NCBI GenBank assembly: GCA_951406725.2
Contig: OX597824.1
Span: forward strand, 59,086,001-59,150,000
Length of the DNA: 64,000 nt
Reading direction: 5' to 3'
Source: Octopus vulgaris
Taxonomy: Eukaryota
A model generated the notes under the pieces. That model saw only the letters and a program-made list of their open reading frames with translations. It did not search any database and was not told where the DNA came from. Numbering within the stretch: the stretch's first letter is position 1; every line of letters starts with the position of its first letter. Shown piece by piece: positions 25,650 to 39,213 of the stretch. A program made the translations under genes and the position numbers.

Positions 25650-26130
25650 TATAATTATGAACAAGTCACAATTACAACTAAGTGGGTTTCAAGAACCCAT
25701 ACATGTTTAGAAATAGCAGTCAAAAACCACCATAAACCCACTGTTATCACTCATATTATATCTCACAATAAATACTGTCTGCGGGCAACATGGCAACACT
25801 TAATACAACACTTAAAAATAAAAGATTAATTCTCTATTACAATTTCGACTTCAGGAACCTATTAATGGTTCAACTCGTCTCTTCAAGAGAATATACCTAT
25901 AGATAGAAATTGATACAATATCTTACCTTGGGGCTTACATGTATCACGACCTGCAAGAATAATATGTCATCCCCTGTCTACACATTCAAATTCTGAATTC
26001 AAACGTCATTTGTGAGGAGATATAATATGAGTGTTAATAGCGGTTTATAGTGGTTTTTGACTGCTATTTCTAAACATGTATAGGTTCTTGAAACCCTCTT
26101 AGTTATATTTGTGACCTGTTCATAATTATA
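25650..26130. repeat. Foldback element: ~120-bp inverted arms enclosing a hammerhead motif
   Basis: 25650-25768 is the reverse complement of 26010-26130. Confidence 0.85.
25829..25892 (-). ncRNA. Type-I hammerhead motif (C3U)
   Basis: AUUCUC-UUGAAGA-GAC...GUC-GAAA-UUGUAA-UA-GAGAAU; 6-bp stem I. Confidence 0.65.
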
Positions 26131-26274
26131 AGCAAATTTCTTATATATATATACGACGGGCAACTTTCAGTTTGCCTCTACTAAATTCACTCACATGCCT
26201 TTGGTCAGCCGGAGACTATAGTAGAAGACACTTGCCCAAGGTGCCATCCAGTAAGACTGAACACGGAACCACGT

Positions 26275-26338
<64 letters not shown>

Positions 26339-29300
26339 TGTGCGTGTGCGTATGTGTGTGCAAATATTGAAAGTAAGAGAGTGAGAAAGTGAGAGAAATA
26401 GAACGAGGTAGATAGCTGGATACATGTACGAACCGAATTGAACCACCCCCTCCTCGACGGACACGCACAGAACACTTCGTTTAGATGAACAAAACAGAAA
26501 AAACAGTGCTGAATCCATGGCCCGAACAGACGCTATTCACAATTCTATATTTCTAAGTTGAGAAATTAATGTATTTTGTATTAGTTGGAGCGGTAACCTC
26601 ATCTTGATTGTTGCTTTCACACACACATATAGGTAATGAACGCGACATTCGAGATGAGGATAACTCTCCGACTAATGTATGATATAGATGTTATTATTCT
26701 TTCAAATCTAATGATTCACCTTGGTGATACTCTGAGTGTAAAGCTTTGGTACAGCTTTCCAGATGACCTACACTCCTTGACTCCTCGCTGAATGTAAAAA
26801 AACAGAAACCTCAAAGTAGCAATGGAGAGAATCGGCTTCAAGTGAACACACACACAAGCACTCACAAATACTATCACACACAAACACATGCCCCAACGCA
26901 ATGCACGCCCACATACACTCTATCAAATGCAAGCATACGCACACACACGCACACATACACACACGCGCGCACTCAAACGCACTGACACATACACACACAT
27001 GCACACACACACAGATACATACGCGCGCGCACGCATACACACTCACACACAAACACATCGCCCACACGAGCGTAAATCTGTATATCTGTCTTTGTGTCTT
27101 CGTGTGTGTGTGTGTGCGTGCGTGTGAGTGTGTGTATGTGTGTGTGTGTCTATATCTGTGTGTGTGTGCGTGTTTGTGTGTGTGTGTGCGTGTGTGCGTG
27201 CGTGTGCGTGCGTGTGCGTGCGTGTGCGTGCGCGTGTGTGTATGTGTGTGTCTGTATATCTGTGTGCGTGTGTGTGTAACAAGGGCTTAGCGAATAATGA
27301 AAACACGGGTGTCGGGTATGAGCTGAGGCCCAAGATAGTTTAAACCCTGTCAAAATTGAGATTATCTATGGCTTCGGATTAGATAAAACTGCAGACAACA
27401 TGGCGCAGACGATGGTAAAAAAATGATGTTTGGTACAGTAGCAAAAATAATAGAATGACTTCGTAATTTATAGCGACGGTGGTGGTGGTGGTGGCGGTAG
27501 GTGGCGGTGGTGAGCTGGTGGTAGTCTTGGAATTGGTAATGGCTGTGTTGGCCTTAGTGATGAAAGTGGTGGTTATAGTGATATTCTTAGTGTTGTGATG
27601 ATGGTGGTGGTAGCAACGGTGGTGTCGGCGGTGTGGTAGTGATACCAATGGTAATGGTATTTATGGTGGTGGTATTGATGCTGGCGGTAATGGTGTTGGC
27701 GGCGGTGGGATTGGTAGCAGTGGTGACGATGTTAATATTGGTAGTGGTTGCGGTGCTTCTTTTGTTCGTGGTGCTGTTAACGTGAGTGAATGAGTTGATG
27801 ACGTTGGCGATATTATTGTTGTGGCGTTATACTATATTACTGGTGCCATTGCTGGCATTGAAGATGTTAGTTTCGGTAGTGAAACGTTGATGATGGTGGT
27901 AGTGGTGTTGGTGGTGGTGATAATGGCAACAAAGTTGCTGATGAGATGATGGTTTGATGACGCTATGAGAAATGATGGTGATAGTGTTCGGAGTATTGGA
28001 ATGATGGTAGCCCCAAACTAGCCCTAATTTGTCAGACTTGTGAACAAAGACGTTCCTGCCGTGTCCATCCCATCGTTTTGTATACATCAATAGCAAAATT
28101 TTACGTAATGTTTCCATATTCTTAAGACGCAGCAACCGCGTACAAACCTCTCTTGTTCTCGTTCAACCCAGCTCAACCCTAATCTATGATGAAAGACGTT
28201 CCAGGCTTCACGATCCTGATATTTTACGCGGTTAAAGTGCATTCAGTACCCTATTGCCTAGGGGCTTCGTTCATGAATACAGGATAAACGTGATCACCGT
28301 GGTGTTTCTTAACGGAAATCATTTTTATTTGCCACAAGGACAGATAAATTTATTTGTCCTTTATTAACCACAATGATATTCACCTCAACCGAGTTAGAAC
28401 TTTACTCAATATTTATAAGGTAGTTTGCTCATTGTTCAAGTTAGGTATTTGTAAAAAAAAAATTATTGAGGAACATATTTTGTGGTAAAGATATAGCTGA
28501 ATAAACTGACACCGCTACATGACAGTTACTCATATTTTTCTATCGACGAAGAGAAAGGTAAAATATGAAGTTAAACTCAGCCGGGTTTTGGAGTCAGAAC
28601 AAAGGGAAGAAAACTATATATTTCAAAGTATTTGATCCATCACTGTGTGGATTCGGTTACTAACTGACTTGTCTGGGATTGAGTCAATGTAGATATGTGC
28701 ATGTATGTGTGTATGTGGGGGTATGTCATAACCTGGTTGAGCTCTCAAATCTTATTGGTGTGTTAGAGATCGGCTGTAATGACATACGACCGGCAGTTTT
28801 TAAAATCTGAGAGACTTCATTACTTCTCGGACCTAAGCACAAAAGTTTTTTTTTTCCGAAAAGGAAGGGAGAGAGAGAGAGAGAGAGAGAGGGGGGGAGA
28901 TAGATAGAGAAAGAAAGAGAGAGAGAGAGAGAGCAAGATATGGAATAACAGAGACTAATTGACTGGGTCGTTAGAATCTTGGAGAGAATACCTGGCATTA
29001 TTTGTTACGGCTCTGTACATTGTGAGTTCAAATTCTGCCTTAGCCTAATTCGGTGTGAGACTAAATCCATTGCCCAGTGGAATACTATTACCCGGCACCC
29101 TGGGTGGCATTTAACGGAATCCACTCTGTGCCATATATTCGAACGAGATCCTCGGTTCTTCCCTCTTCCACCTGTCATGGAGTCGCTGTGATGGGACATG
29201 GGCACAGCCTTTCCTCCTAACTAAAAGAGAGTCTCGGAGTAACAGACTGACAGACAGTGAGATCTGATGGTACGATGACAGGCTAGAAGAAGAAAGAGAA

Positions 29301-29614
29301 GGAAAAACAGGACTGAAGGGAGTGGTGGGGTTATCCAAAATATGAAATGTCAACGTTTTATGATGCTGGGTCAAGTGGAGAATAAACAGGGTGAAATATA
29401 TTATTGGGATTATAATGGAGAGGTTAATAAGGATATGCGTATGGATGGGTGGGTTAGTATTTGTGTATGACAGTGTGAATGTATCTGAGTGCATATGCTT
29501 ACATACATAATTTCAAATACATATTATTTATATGCTATGTATAAATATATGTAGACATGTATATCAAGAGATCTATGTGTGTGTGAACATATAACATAAA
29601 CGCTTAACTATAAG

Positions 29615-29663
<49 letters not shown>

Positions 29664-29697
29664 ATTTGTATATATAAATATATATATGTGTATGTGC

Positions 29698-29739
<42 letters not shown>

Positions 29740-29789
29740 ATTATACGTACACACACACATATACAGATAGATAAGTAGGTAGATCGATC

Positions 29790-29848
<59 letters not shown>

Positions 29849-32220
29849 GTACGCATCAATATATGTAAATATATATATACATGCGCACGCATACATATAC
29901 GCGCATCATTTTCAAAACTGACAACTTGTGTTTGTATGTGTACGTATTTATGTATCCGTGTGTCCAGTCGCGTGCAGTCTTCATATTATTTGAGCTAGAA
30001 TGTGAGTGTGGGAGCGGGATAGTTAGAACATACATCATGTCGAGTGTGTATGAGACAATGAAGGATAACAGCTAGAGAATAAGAATTTAGAGAGTTTGAT
30101 AACGACAAAGGCCAATGTATATAATCTAAGGTTTTCGATGATAAATGAAGAGATGGTTTTACCAATGAGAGAGAAGAAAACAGCAAACGTAGAAGTGAAG
30201 AAACATTTAGATATGATATGTATTATTAAAAAGGCAGAGAATGAAAAAAATTGATAACGGGAGAAAGAGAGCCAGAGAGAGACAGATAGACAGAGAAAGA
30301 GAGAAAGAGAGAGGACGAAGAGGAAAGAGGAAAAGAGGGAAAGAGACCGAGAGAGATTTATAACTTAATTTATTGTGCACTACACATCGTTTCCCGTTAA
30401 TATGAAATTTAATGTACACTTTTTAATAAACATAAAATTTAGATTTTCTGTGTTTAGACGGTTACATCACAGATTATATATTTCCGTAGACAGAAATGTG
30501 TAAGATCAATTAAATGACCAGTTTCTAATCGCGTTAAACCTTCATCAGGAAAATAATAATTTTTTTGATTAAGTAATTATCTACGTTTTAGAGAATTTAC
30601 TGGCATGCAAATTTGATTGAAAAGTGTAGCTTGACTCTCATTGGGATGCAATATTAATAGGTATGAACTATCAATTTCACGTGCAGACGACGGATAGACT
30701 TTCTCTGAAGAAAGGCTGTCACTTTTTCTAACCATTTCGACTCTAAATTGTATCTTTACTTTTAAAAATATAGGAACATTAGAGTGGAATGAAAAATATG
30801 GGAACATTATGTGGTGGAATGAAAAATACAAAGAGTATTAGAGATAGAAATAGAAGAAGCGACCGTATTAAGACAGTAGAGGCAGATAAAGAGCATAAAT
30901 GTTAGACTGATCAACAGTGAGATAAACAAAGTGATAGAAAGGATAATTTATAAATTTATGAAGTGAGAAAGATATAGATAGAATATATTAGCTGATATGA
31001 AAAAATAAAGAAAAATCTTAATTATAAGAAGAAATAAGGTAGCGAATAAAGGGGAAAGAAAGCAGGCATTCGTAAATGAAGAGAGAAATAAATATAGTAG
31101 GAATAGAGAAATAATTTAGACGTATAACAATGATGGAGCAGGGAAATTAAAATGGCTGCCAACGAAACGTAGTTGGAAGAATGATTGAAATTCACTGTGA
31201 AATAACGTTATGCGCAGATCTACTTTTAAAATATGTAAGATAACAGAAATAGCGGCGTGGGAAAGGGGCAACAATCACGATAACCAAATGGAAAAGGTTC
31301 ATTTGAACGTAAAGGAAAGAGTGTTTATTTATGCACGAAATATTATTATTAGTGTTGTTAGTGGTTTTGTTATTACAACTGATAAGTGTGGAATAAGAGA
31401 GAATTCTATTTGGTGGCAGTGGTTGTTGGTTAGGCGGTGACGGTGTTTCAGCTGTGTTATATTGGTAACAAATTGGGTCTGAAATATAAATTGATAATAA
31501 CATAAAATAATATAATAACAGAAATGTAAAACAAACAACAAAACTAAAACTACAAAACTAAAAGATAAACAAACCGAAAAAGCCATAAAACAAAATGTAA
31601 CAAAATAAATAATATCTTAATGATAATGCCTCCTTGTATTTCGTAGTAGTTTTTTATCGACGATTGGCAATAAATTAGGTTCCTGGGAAGAATTTACACC
31701 GACGTTTGTTCCAATTCGCTCCATATTTCATCTTCCTGACAGCGTTATCTTCGACGAAAAGGAGTCGATTGTCGTTTTAACAAGAAATCACGGTCGTAAG
31801 AGGAAGCTGCGTGCAGAGATTGATATCAGAACGTTCCGATCGACAAGACAAGCGCGTGAGCAATTTTTTATAATTCACCGTGGGGCGAGTTCTCATGTTT
31901 AGCAGACATAGCCAAGTGGAATTAGAATCTCAAGTGAGTAGTCTCATATAGTAGACATTTGCAGTTAAATAGGATGAAGAGTCAGGGTTTTCTTAATAAT
32001 CAAGTACTTGACTTGTAATATATCTATCAACGTGGCTTGCCGACATATAAATAGAGGTGTGTGTATGCGTGCGCGTGCGCTAACGTGTGCGTATGTCTAT
32101 GTATGTATATATACATATACGCATGTAGTGCTTGCGAGTGCGCGTGTTTAGTATGTGTAAATATGAACAAAAGTTTGAGCGCGTGTCCGTGTGTTGGGTT
32201 GTACATATATATATATATAT

Positions 32221-32251
<31 letters not shown>

Positions 32252-32421
32252 TAATAGATATAATGGAAAATTATACAAAATGTATAAATAGATAATGAGT
32301 AAAGCACCGGCACAGTTTCGATTCCCTGTTGTTATCCGTATAGTTATTGCCGGAACATCGTAGTGGTGGTTGGGGTAACAGTATAAATGAAATAGATGGA
32401 ATAAGTAAAATATTTTATTGG

Positions 32422-32463
32422 GTACGACAAATGTTTCGACCCGTTCTGTGTCTCTTCGGGTAC
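32422..32463 (-). ncRNA. Minimal type-I hammerhead (U4C), GUC site
   Basis: GUAC-CCGAAGA-GAC(9)GUC-GAAA-CAUUUG-UC-GUAC; stem I extendable via ttttattg/caataaaa. Confidence 0.7.
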
Positions 32464-32727
32464 ATCAATAAAAAGTCTCACTAGAGATATTCTGAGTCGG
32501 CTTACATACAGCTGTGTGTCCATCAAATCTGAGAATGAGTAAAAAACAGAAAAATTATTGAAACGCAAAAAATTCAAATATGAACATGAAAATTGTATAT
32601 TCTAGTTTAGAAAAAATGACGTAATGAGCCTATGTTAAGAGGAAGAAGAGAATGTAGAAATTGAAAGGAAGACTACTCAGACAAAATCTTTTTGCGGCCG
32701 TGCTTAGACGCACATATACATACACAG

Positions 32728-32829
<102 letters not shown>

Positions 32830-33334
32830 ACATACATATACATATACGTACATATACATACGCGCTCACACACGCACATCCAAGTATATGGGAAATATAC
32901 ATACAACTAGATATATGCGAATACGAAACACGTATGGACGAATACATACTTATTTATGAATAGGAACTCATATATACAGGTACACACGTATATATATACA
33001 TAAATATACGTACATAGCATAGATAAATATGTGAATATATTCGTACGTAAAGAAAGATACAGACATCGGTGCAAAGTTTGACATACCCACACGTGTTGAT
33101 GCACTCGCGTATACACATAAGTAAATATATACACGCATATACAAACATATACACATACACACATATACATATATGTAGGCATACACACACATAAACCATA
33201 TACATATATGTATGCATATACACACATAAACACACGCCCGTTACACGTATACGCAAATACATACTAATATATACATATGCTACAAAAAGATGCTCACAGA
33301 TGAAATATGTAGACATATATATCTATATATATGT

Positions 33335-33548
33335 ACAGTTAATCCAAACAAGAAAGCACAAAAAAAAACAACAACGCGAGGACGTGGAACAAATATAGTA
33401 TTATTGGACGCTCAGGAAAGAAGGAAGGAAGGAGGGTTTAACGTTTCGAGCGGAGCTCTTCGTCGGAAACATAGGAGAAGGAAAGATCCAAAGAAGGGAA
33501 GACAGAGGAAAAAAATCGCCAACGGCACACACGAGGTCACATTTTGAA
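33335..33548 (-). mobile_element. pLTR-like repeat family P1 with HHR at 33436-33470
   Basis: GUUU-CCGACGA-A-GAGC(UCC)GCUC-GAAA-CG-UU-AAAC; homologous to 37745-37946 and 42725-42910. Confidence 0.75.
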
Positions 33549-33656
33549 AAGCAAAAGTGTATATGTACATATACACACATACATATAGATACACATATAC
33601 ACATACACACATACACGTACACATATGCATATACACACATACATACACACACATAC

Positions 33657-33708
<52 letters not shown>

Positions 33709-33938
33709 CATAGAAACATAAAAACAAAAACATAGAAACGAACTTTTTTTCAAAAACGAATAAAAAACAGAGAAACAACACACAAATAATATTCCCCTTC
33801 TTCAGCTGTCCCTATTTCATCTACTCCGCGTCCGAAGACGCGACTTTGTTGAAGCAGTCCTCCCCGCAACATATATATGTAGGTATGTACATATATGTAT
33901 GTATATATACATATATTTATATATTATTTATATTATTA

Positions 33939-33968
<30 letters not shown>

Positions 33969-33969
<1 letters not shown>

Positions 33970-34192
33970 TTCTTTATTGCCCACAAGGGGCTAAACATAG
34001 AGGGGACAAACAAGGACAGACAAAGGGATTAAGTCGATTATATCGACCCAGTGCGAAACTGGTACTTTATTTATCGACCCAGAGAGGATGAAAGGCAAAG
34101 TCGACCCCGGCGGAATTTGAACTCAGAACGTAACGACATACGAAATACCGCTAAGCATTTCGTCCGGCGCGTTAACGTTTCTGCCAGCTCGC
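33969..34192 (-). mobile_element. SINE family C (tRNA head, Meta/MESC-like gcctttcatcct..gggtcgataaa..aagtacc domain)
   Basis: Homologous to 35110-35329, 53545-53760 and 54215-54415. Confidence 0.85.
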
Positions 34193-34225
34193 TATATGTA
34201 TATATATATATATATACACATATAT

Positions 34226-34268
<43 letters not shown>

Positions 34269-34269
34269 T

Positions 34270-34412
34270 GCGTGGCGGGAGAGGCTGTGTGGTAAGTTAC
34301 ACTTCAGTTTCACTGCGAGACACCTTGGGGAAGTGTCTTCCACTATAGCTTCGGGCCGACCAAAGCCTTGTGAGTGGATTTGGTAGACGGAAACTAAAAG
34401 AAGCCCGTCGTA
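34270..34412 (+). mobile_element. SINE family A, 5' half
   Basis: Homology to family A head. Confidence 0.75.
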
Positions 34413-34429
34413 TATAAATGTATACATAA

Positions 34430-34635
34430 CGGGAAGGTTTGCGAAAATAAACAAAAGACGAAGGCAGGTGGAGTACAAACAAACATATGTATTTGTATGG
34501 CGCTCAGGAATAGAAACAACAAGTCTTTTACGTTTCGAGCCTACGCTCTTCGACAGAAAGATACACAGAAAAAAAACAAGGAGAGAAACAAGGAGAGAAA
34601 AAATGCGTGTAGGAGCTAACGATCTATCATGGCGT
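34430..34635 (-). mobile_element. pLTR-like repeat with HHR-like motif at 34525-34560 (A6U)
   Basis: CUUU-CUGUCGA-A-GAGC(GUAG)GCUC-GAAA-CG-UA-AAAG. Confidence 0.65.
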
Positions 34636-34660
34636 CATATATATATGTGTTTGTGTGTGT

Positions 34661-34812
34661 GGAGGCGCAATGGCCCAGTGGTTGTAGGATCGCGGTTTCG
34701 ATTCCCAGACCGGGCGTTAAGAGTGTTTATTGAACGAAAACACCTAAAGCTCCACGATCTCCGGCAGGGGTGTTGGCAATCCCTGCTGTACTCTTTCGCC
34801 ACAACTTTCTCT
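34661..34812 (+). mobile_element. SINE family B, 5' part
   Basis: ggaggcgcaatggcccagtggtt head. Confidence 0.8.
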
Positions 34813-35109
34813 CAGTTATCTATTAATCGCATCACGAGTTTCTAACTTTGTGCCTATGTTTGAAATCATACTCCAGCATGGCTGAAACGCACAAAAGCAT
34901 CAAAGAATGTCTGCCGTCTCAGTACTTTGATGTCGTGTAGCTCAGTTCCCTATAGTTAGCCACTGATATTACTGTCACTGTTCGGCATGGCCGTGGGGTT
35001 TAAAACATCTAGTGGTATTCGTCAAATCAGGATTCGAACTTACTAAGGAGCTTCCTTTGTGTATTCTATCACAACCACTGATTGGTCTATCTGTCTATCT
35101 ATCTATCTT

Positions 35110-35329
35110 ATTTCTTTACTACCCACAAGGGGCTAAACATAGAGGGGACAAACAAGGACAGACAAAGGGATTAAGTCGGTTACATCAACCCCACAGCGTA
35201 ACTGGTACTTAATTTATCGACCCCGAAAGGATGAAAGACAATGTCGACTTCGGCGGAATTTTAACTCAGACGAAACACCGCTAAGCATTTCGCCCGGCGT
35301 GCTAAAGTTTCTGTCAGCTCGCCGCCTTA
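35110..35329 (-). mobile_element. SINE family C, full length
   Basis: Matches 33969-34192. Confidence 0.85.
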
Positions 35330-35457
<128 letters not shown>

Positions 35458-35560
35458 GTCTGTCTGTATGTATGTCTGTCTGTATGTCTGTCTGTATGTA
35501 TGTTTGTCGGTCTGTCTGTGACTATATATGTGTGTGTGTGTGCATAAAATTAAAATAAAT

Positions 35561-35807
35561 GCGCCCTTTTTAAAGCCTAGCTAGGCTCATGGGCCCGGTT
35601 CCCGCTTTCTATGGCGTATGTGTTCCCCAGGTGGACGGGACGGCAGTCCATCGCAGCGTTACTCATTTTTGCCAGCTGAGTAGACTGGGGCAACGTGAAA
35701 TGAAGTGTTTTGCTCAAGAGCACAACGCGTCGCCCGGTCCAGGAATCGAAACCACAATCTTACGATCATGGTGCTGACACCCTAACCAGTAAGCCACGCG
35801 CCTCCAC

Positions 35808-35808
<1 letters not shown>
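35561..35808 (-). mobile_element. SINE family D (tRNA head, CORE-like)
   Basis: Head gtggaggcgcgtggcttactggttaggg...ggtttcgattcctgg; diverged relative at 48640-48830. Confidence 0.75.
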
Positions 35809-35865
<57 letters not shown>

Positions 35866-37280
35866 TGCTTATACGCTAGAGAGGCTTTTAGCTAATAGGT
35901 TTTGGAATAATAACCCTAACCTTAACCCTACCCCTAACACTTTTATGGACATGAAACCTAAGGTAATCTCATAAACCGACCTTATCAAACATTTATATAT
36001 ATATAATGAATAATAACAGACGATAGATAATTGTCAGCTCATTATTGTTCATTTGATTATAATACACCAAGGGAATTTTCGACTTGTCAGACACCCTAGA
36101 GTATACTAACAACGTAACGAATGCTTTGGACCAGCCCCTAGGCGCCAAATACCCGTGGGTTGGGTTTTTTGCATCCGCAAGTGGAATATTCTGTTTGATA
36201 CTTATCAGCCGTAGGCCGTAACCACAGGTTTACCCAACTCTACCTGGTGCATATCTTTTCAAGTGCCCGGTTCTATCTGAATACTTTTCTCCCTTTCGCT
36301 CTCTCTCTCTCTTTCTTTCTCTCTCTCTCTCTCTCTCTCTCACCATCTTTCCCTCTGATTTTATTTTCCCTCTTTCGTATACATTAATCCCTTCCTCCCA
36401 GTCTCTTATTTTTCAATCTCTGCTTTCCTTCCTCGCCTCCCTTGTACCTTTTCTCTCTCACCCTCTCTCTCTATCTCTCTCCCTCTCTATCTCTCTCCCT
36501 CTCTCTCTATCTCTCTCCCTCTCTCTCTATCTCTCTCCTGCCCTGTCATTCTTTAGGCTCTCTGATTTCTTTCCCCTCTCTCCTATTTCTTAGTCCCTCT
36601 GCCCTCTTCAAATCTTTCCCTCTCCTATCACGTGATTGCTGTCCGGTTAAGGCATTGTCGTCCGTTTTCGGCCAACCGCCGGTCGCGTCCGTCTGTCCTG
36701 CTGCCTGTTAAGATTTTCCATTTTCCTTTGCACCAGCTTGCCACACTCATCTGATAATCGAAAGACACTTGTTTTATTTGTGTTGCATTTGTACAATTTT
36801 TTGCTTTTCTTGCATAGCCGAAAGGGGTCTGTCCATTGTATATGTTTAATTCTGTTTCATAACGTTACCTCCATCCGATAGCCGAAAGACCGTTATTTAC
36901 TATTTGTATTCCCATATGTACAAAATGTCTTTTTTTTTTCTCCTATCTATTGCATAGCCGAAAGGGGTTCTTCCGTACGAGTATAATTCTAGCTTATTCG
37001 TATTTGTTTCCGTTCCTGTTTTCGTTTTTGTACATGTTCGTTTGCCTTTCTCAGAAGCTTAATGCTTTTAGCCTAAATCCCTGGTCCAGCTGAATTCGAG
37101 TTACTAGTCGGAGATAAGGTGGCGAAACTACATAGACATTCTGGATTCCGACTGAAAAAGTAATCGGCTGCGAATGATCCGTGCATCTTGTTTTTGTCCT
37201 CTTTGCCGTTTATCGTGCCATCGTCCCGTTTTCGCACCTTGTGTTTTTATGGTTTCCGTTGTTGTGTTCTACCTTTGATT

Positions 37281-37338
<58 letters not shown>

Positions 37339-37666
37339 GAATAGAAAGGGTTTAGGCCACTGATAATCTAAACTAATAGGTACGCTGTGAGAGTAGTCCA
37401 ATTTATAAATTGCTAGGATCCGAGTTCTCTACGAGAGCTGGAGTCGGGGATCCGAACCCCCTCTTTTACCTGTGTTGTGTGTGTGGTGTTTGTGTGATGT
37501 TGGCTTTTTCTATGTGCATGTGTGAATGATATTTGTGTCTCTTAATGTTGTAGGAAGAATTCAGCAGCATGGTAACAGGTGTGGTGGTCCTTTATGTAGT
37601 TGTGTGTCTTTTCACATGTGCGTAGAGGAATGGTCAGTAGAAAGATGTTTGACTGGCAGTTTGATG

Positions 37667-37744
<78 letters not shown>

Positions 37745-37750
<6 letters not shown>

Positions 37751-37946
37751 ATCCAAACATGAAAACACAACAACGCGTGGACGTGGGACAAGTATAGTGT
37801 TATTGGACGCTCAGGAAAGGAAAGAAAGTAGGAGGGTTTAACGTTTCGAGCGGACCTCTTCGTCAGAAACATAGGAAAATGAAATATCCAAAGAAGGGAA
37901 GACGGAGGAAGAAATAGCCAACGGTACATACGCGGTCACATTTTGA
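37745..37946 (-). mobile_element. pLTR-like family P1 with canonical-core HHR at 37836-37870
   Basis: GUUU-CUGACGA-A-GAG(GUCCG)CUC-GAAA-CG-UU-AAAC. Confidence 0.78.
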
Positions 37947-38230
37947 ATATATATATATTACATATTTAGAAAAGCTGCCAAAACTCTGGGTAAATATACA
38001 TATGGCTGAAAGCATGCTACTGAAAATTGTGAATTCCAAATTTTCCTTTAGAGCAAAAGGTAAGCTTTCTTCCTTCGTCAACATATTACACGGTGGGAAA
38101 TATAAATCCAAATAACTATGCATACCGTTCGAAGCAAGTTCACACGTCTACATTCAAATATTTGCACGATTAGATGCTAGGAAAGTCAATTTTAAATTAT
38201 GTCAATTTAGATAATATGTATATATATATA

Positions 38231-38325
<95 letters not shown>

Positions 38326-38463
38326 TTCATAAATGAGGGTGAAAAATGAGATATCAATTTAATAATACCGTCAGTTTGCTGTGGAAAAAATCTTCGGTGG
38401 CTATACCAGAATAAGGAGTTATTTCTAGCACTAGAGTTAGCCACTTATTAACTCTCTTATATT

Positions 38464-38504
<41 letters not shown>

Positions 38505-38511
38505 ATACATA

Positions 38512-38620
38512 TTCTTTCATTTGCTTCAGTCATTAAACTGCGGCCATGCTGGAGCGCCGCCCTTAGTCCAGCAGATCGGCCCCAAGACTTATTCTTTGTA
38601 AGCTTAGTATTTATTCTATC
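38512..38620 (-). mobile_element. SINE family A tail fragment
   Basis: Homology to family A tail. Confidence 0.75.
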
Positions 38621-38623
38621 TAT

Positions 38624-39213
38624 AGCGAGGTATAAACAGTAACTGCTCTTTAATATAAGCGGGATCTCCCTTTGCAGGCCAGCAAGGACACCGTGATGGT
38701 GTCGGCTCTTCTGGTGACGTCAATAGTCGCCTGGGGCTAAATGCATCAGTAACACCCCCACCACCCCGCCCTGTCCCTAGCCACATTCAGATGGCTGATC
38801 CCGCTTATATTAAAGAGCAGTTACTGTTTATACCTCGCTCAGAGATTTATTATTGTTTTCGAACAGATTTTCTACGCCAGTGCCTGTGGTTACTGTGAAA
38901 ATCTATATATATCTGGCCTGTACAGGAAGTCCCTCAACGAAGAACGGTGCTTGCCATGCGCTGACGAGAGGCGATTACCTCGAAACCGGTCCGTGTGTAG
39001 CATCCGTATCTTCGGGGAGGCTGATCTCCCTTTGCAGGCCAGCAAGGACACCGTGATGGTGTCGGCTCTTCTGGTGACGTCAATAGTCGCCTGGGGCTAA
39101 ATGCATCAGTAACACAAACCCACCACCCCGCCCTGTCCCTAGCCACATTCAGATGGCTGATCCCGCTTATATTAAAGAGCAGTTACTGTTTATACCTCGC
39201 TCAGAGATTTATT

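Larger units (their letters stand above)
25279..26275 (-). mobile_element. SINE family A split in its internal microsatellite by a foldback insertion
   Basis: Tail half at 25279-25480, head half at 26153-26275. Confidence 0.75.

Noticed and set aside
30512-30552. Minus-strand CTGATGA...GAAACTGGTC possible hammerhead
   Set aside because: Stems I and II do not pair; at best a badly decayed copy.
31679-31902. ~72-codon open frame as a host exon
   Set aside because: No recognisable domain, weak acceptor context, and it ends in a stop before the candidate donor.
38853-39146. Short ORFs overlapping the retrozyme-like unit
   Set aside because: They are under 75 aa with no recognisable motif; the sequence is better explained by RNA structure.
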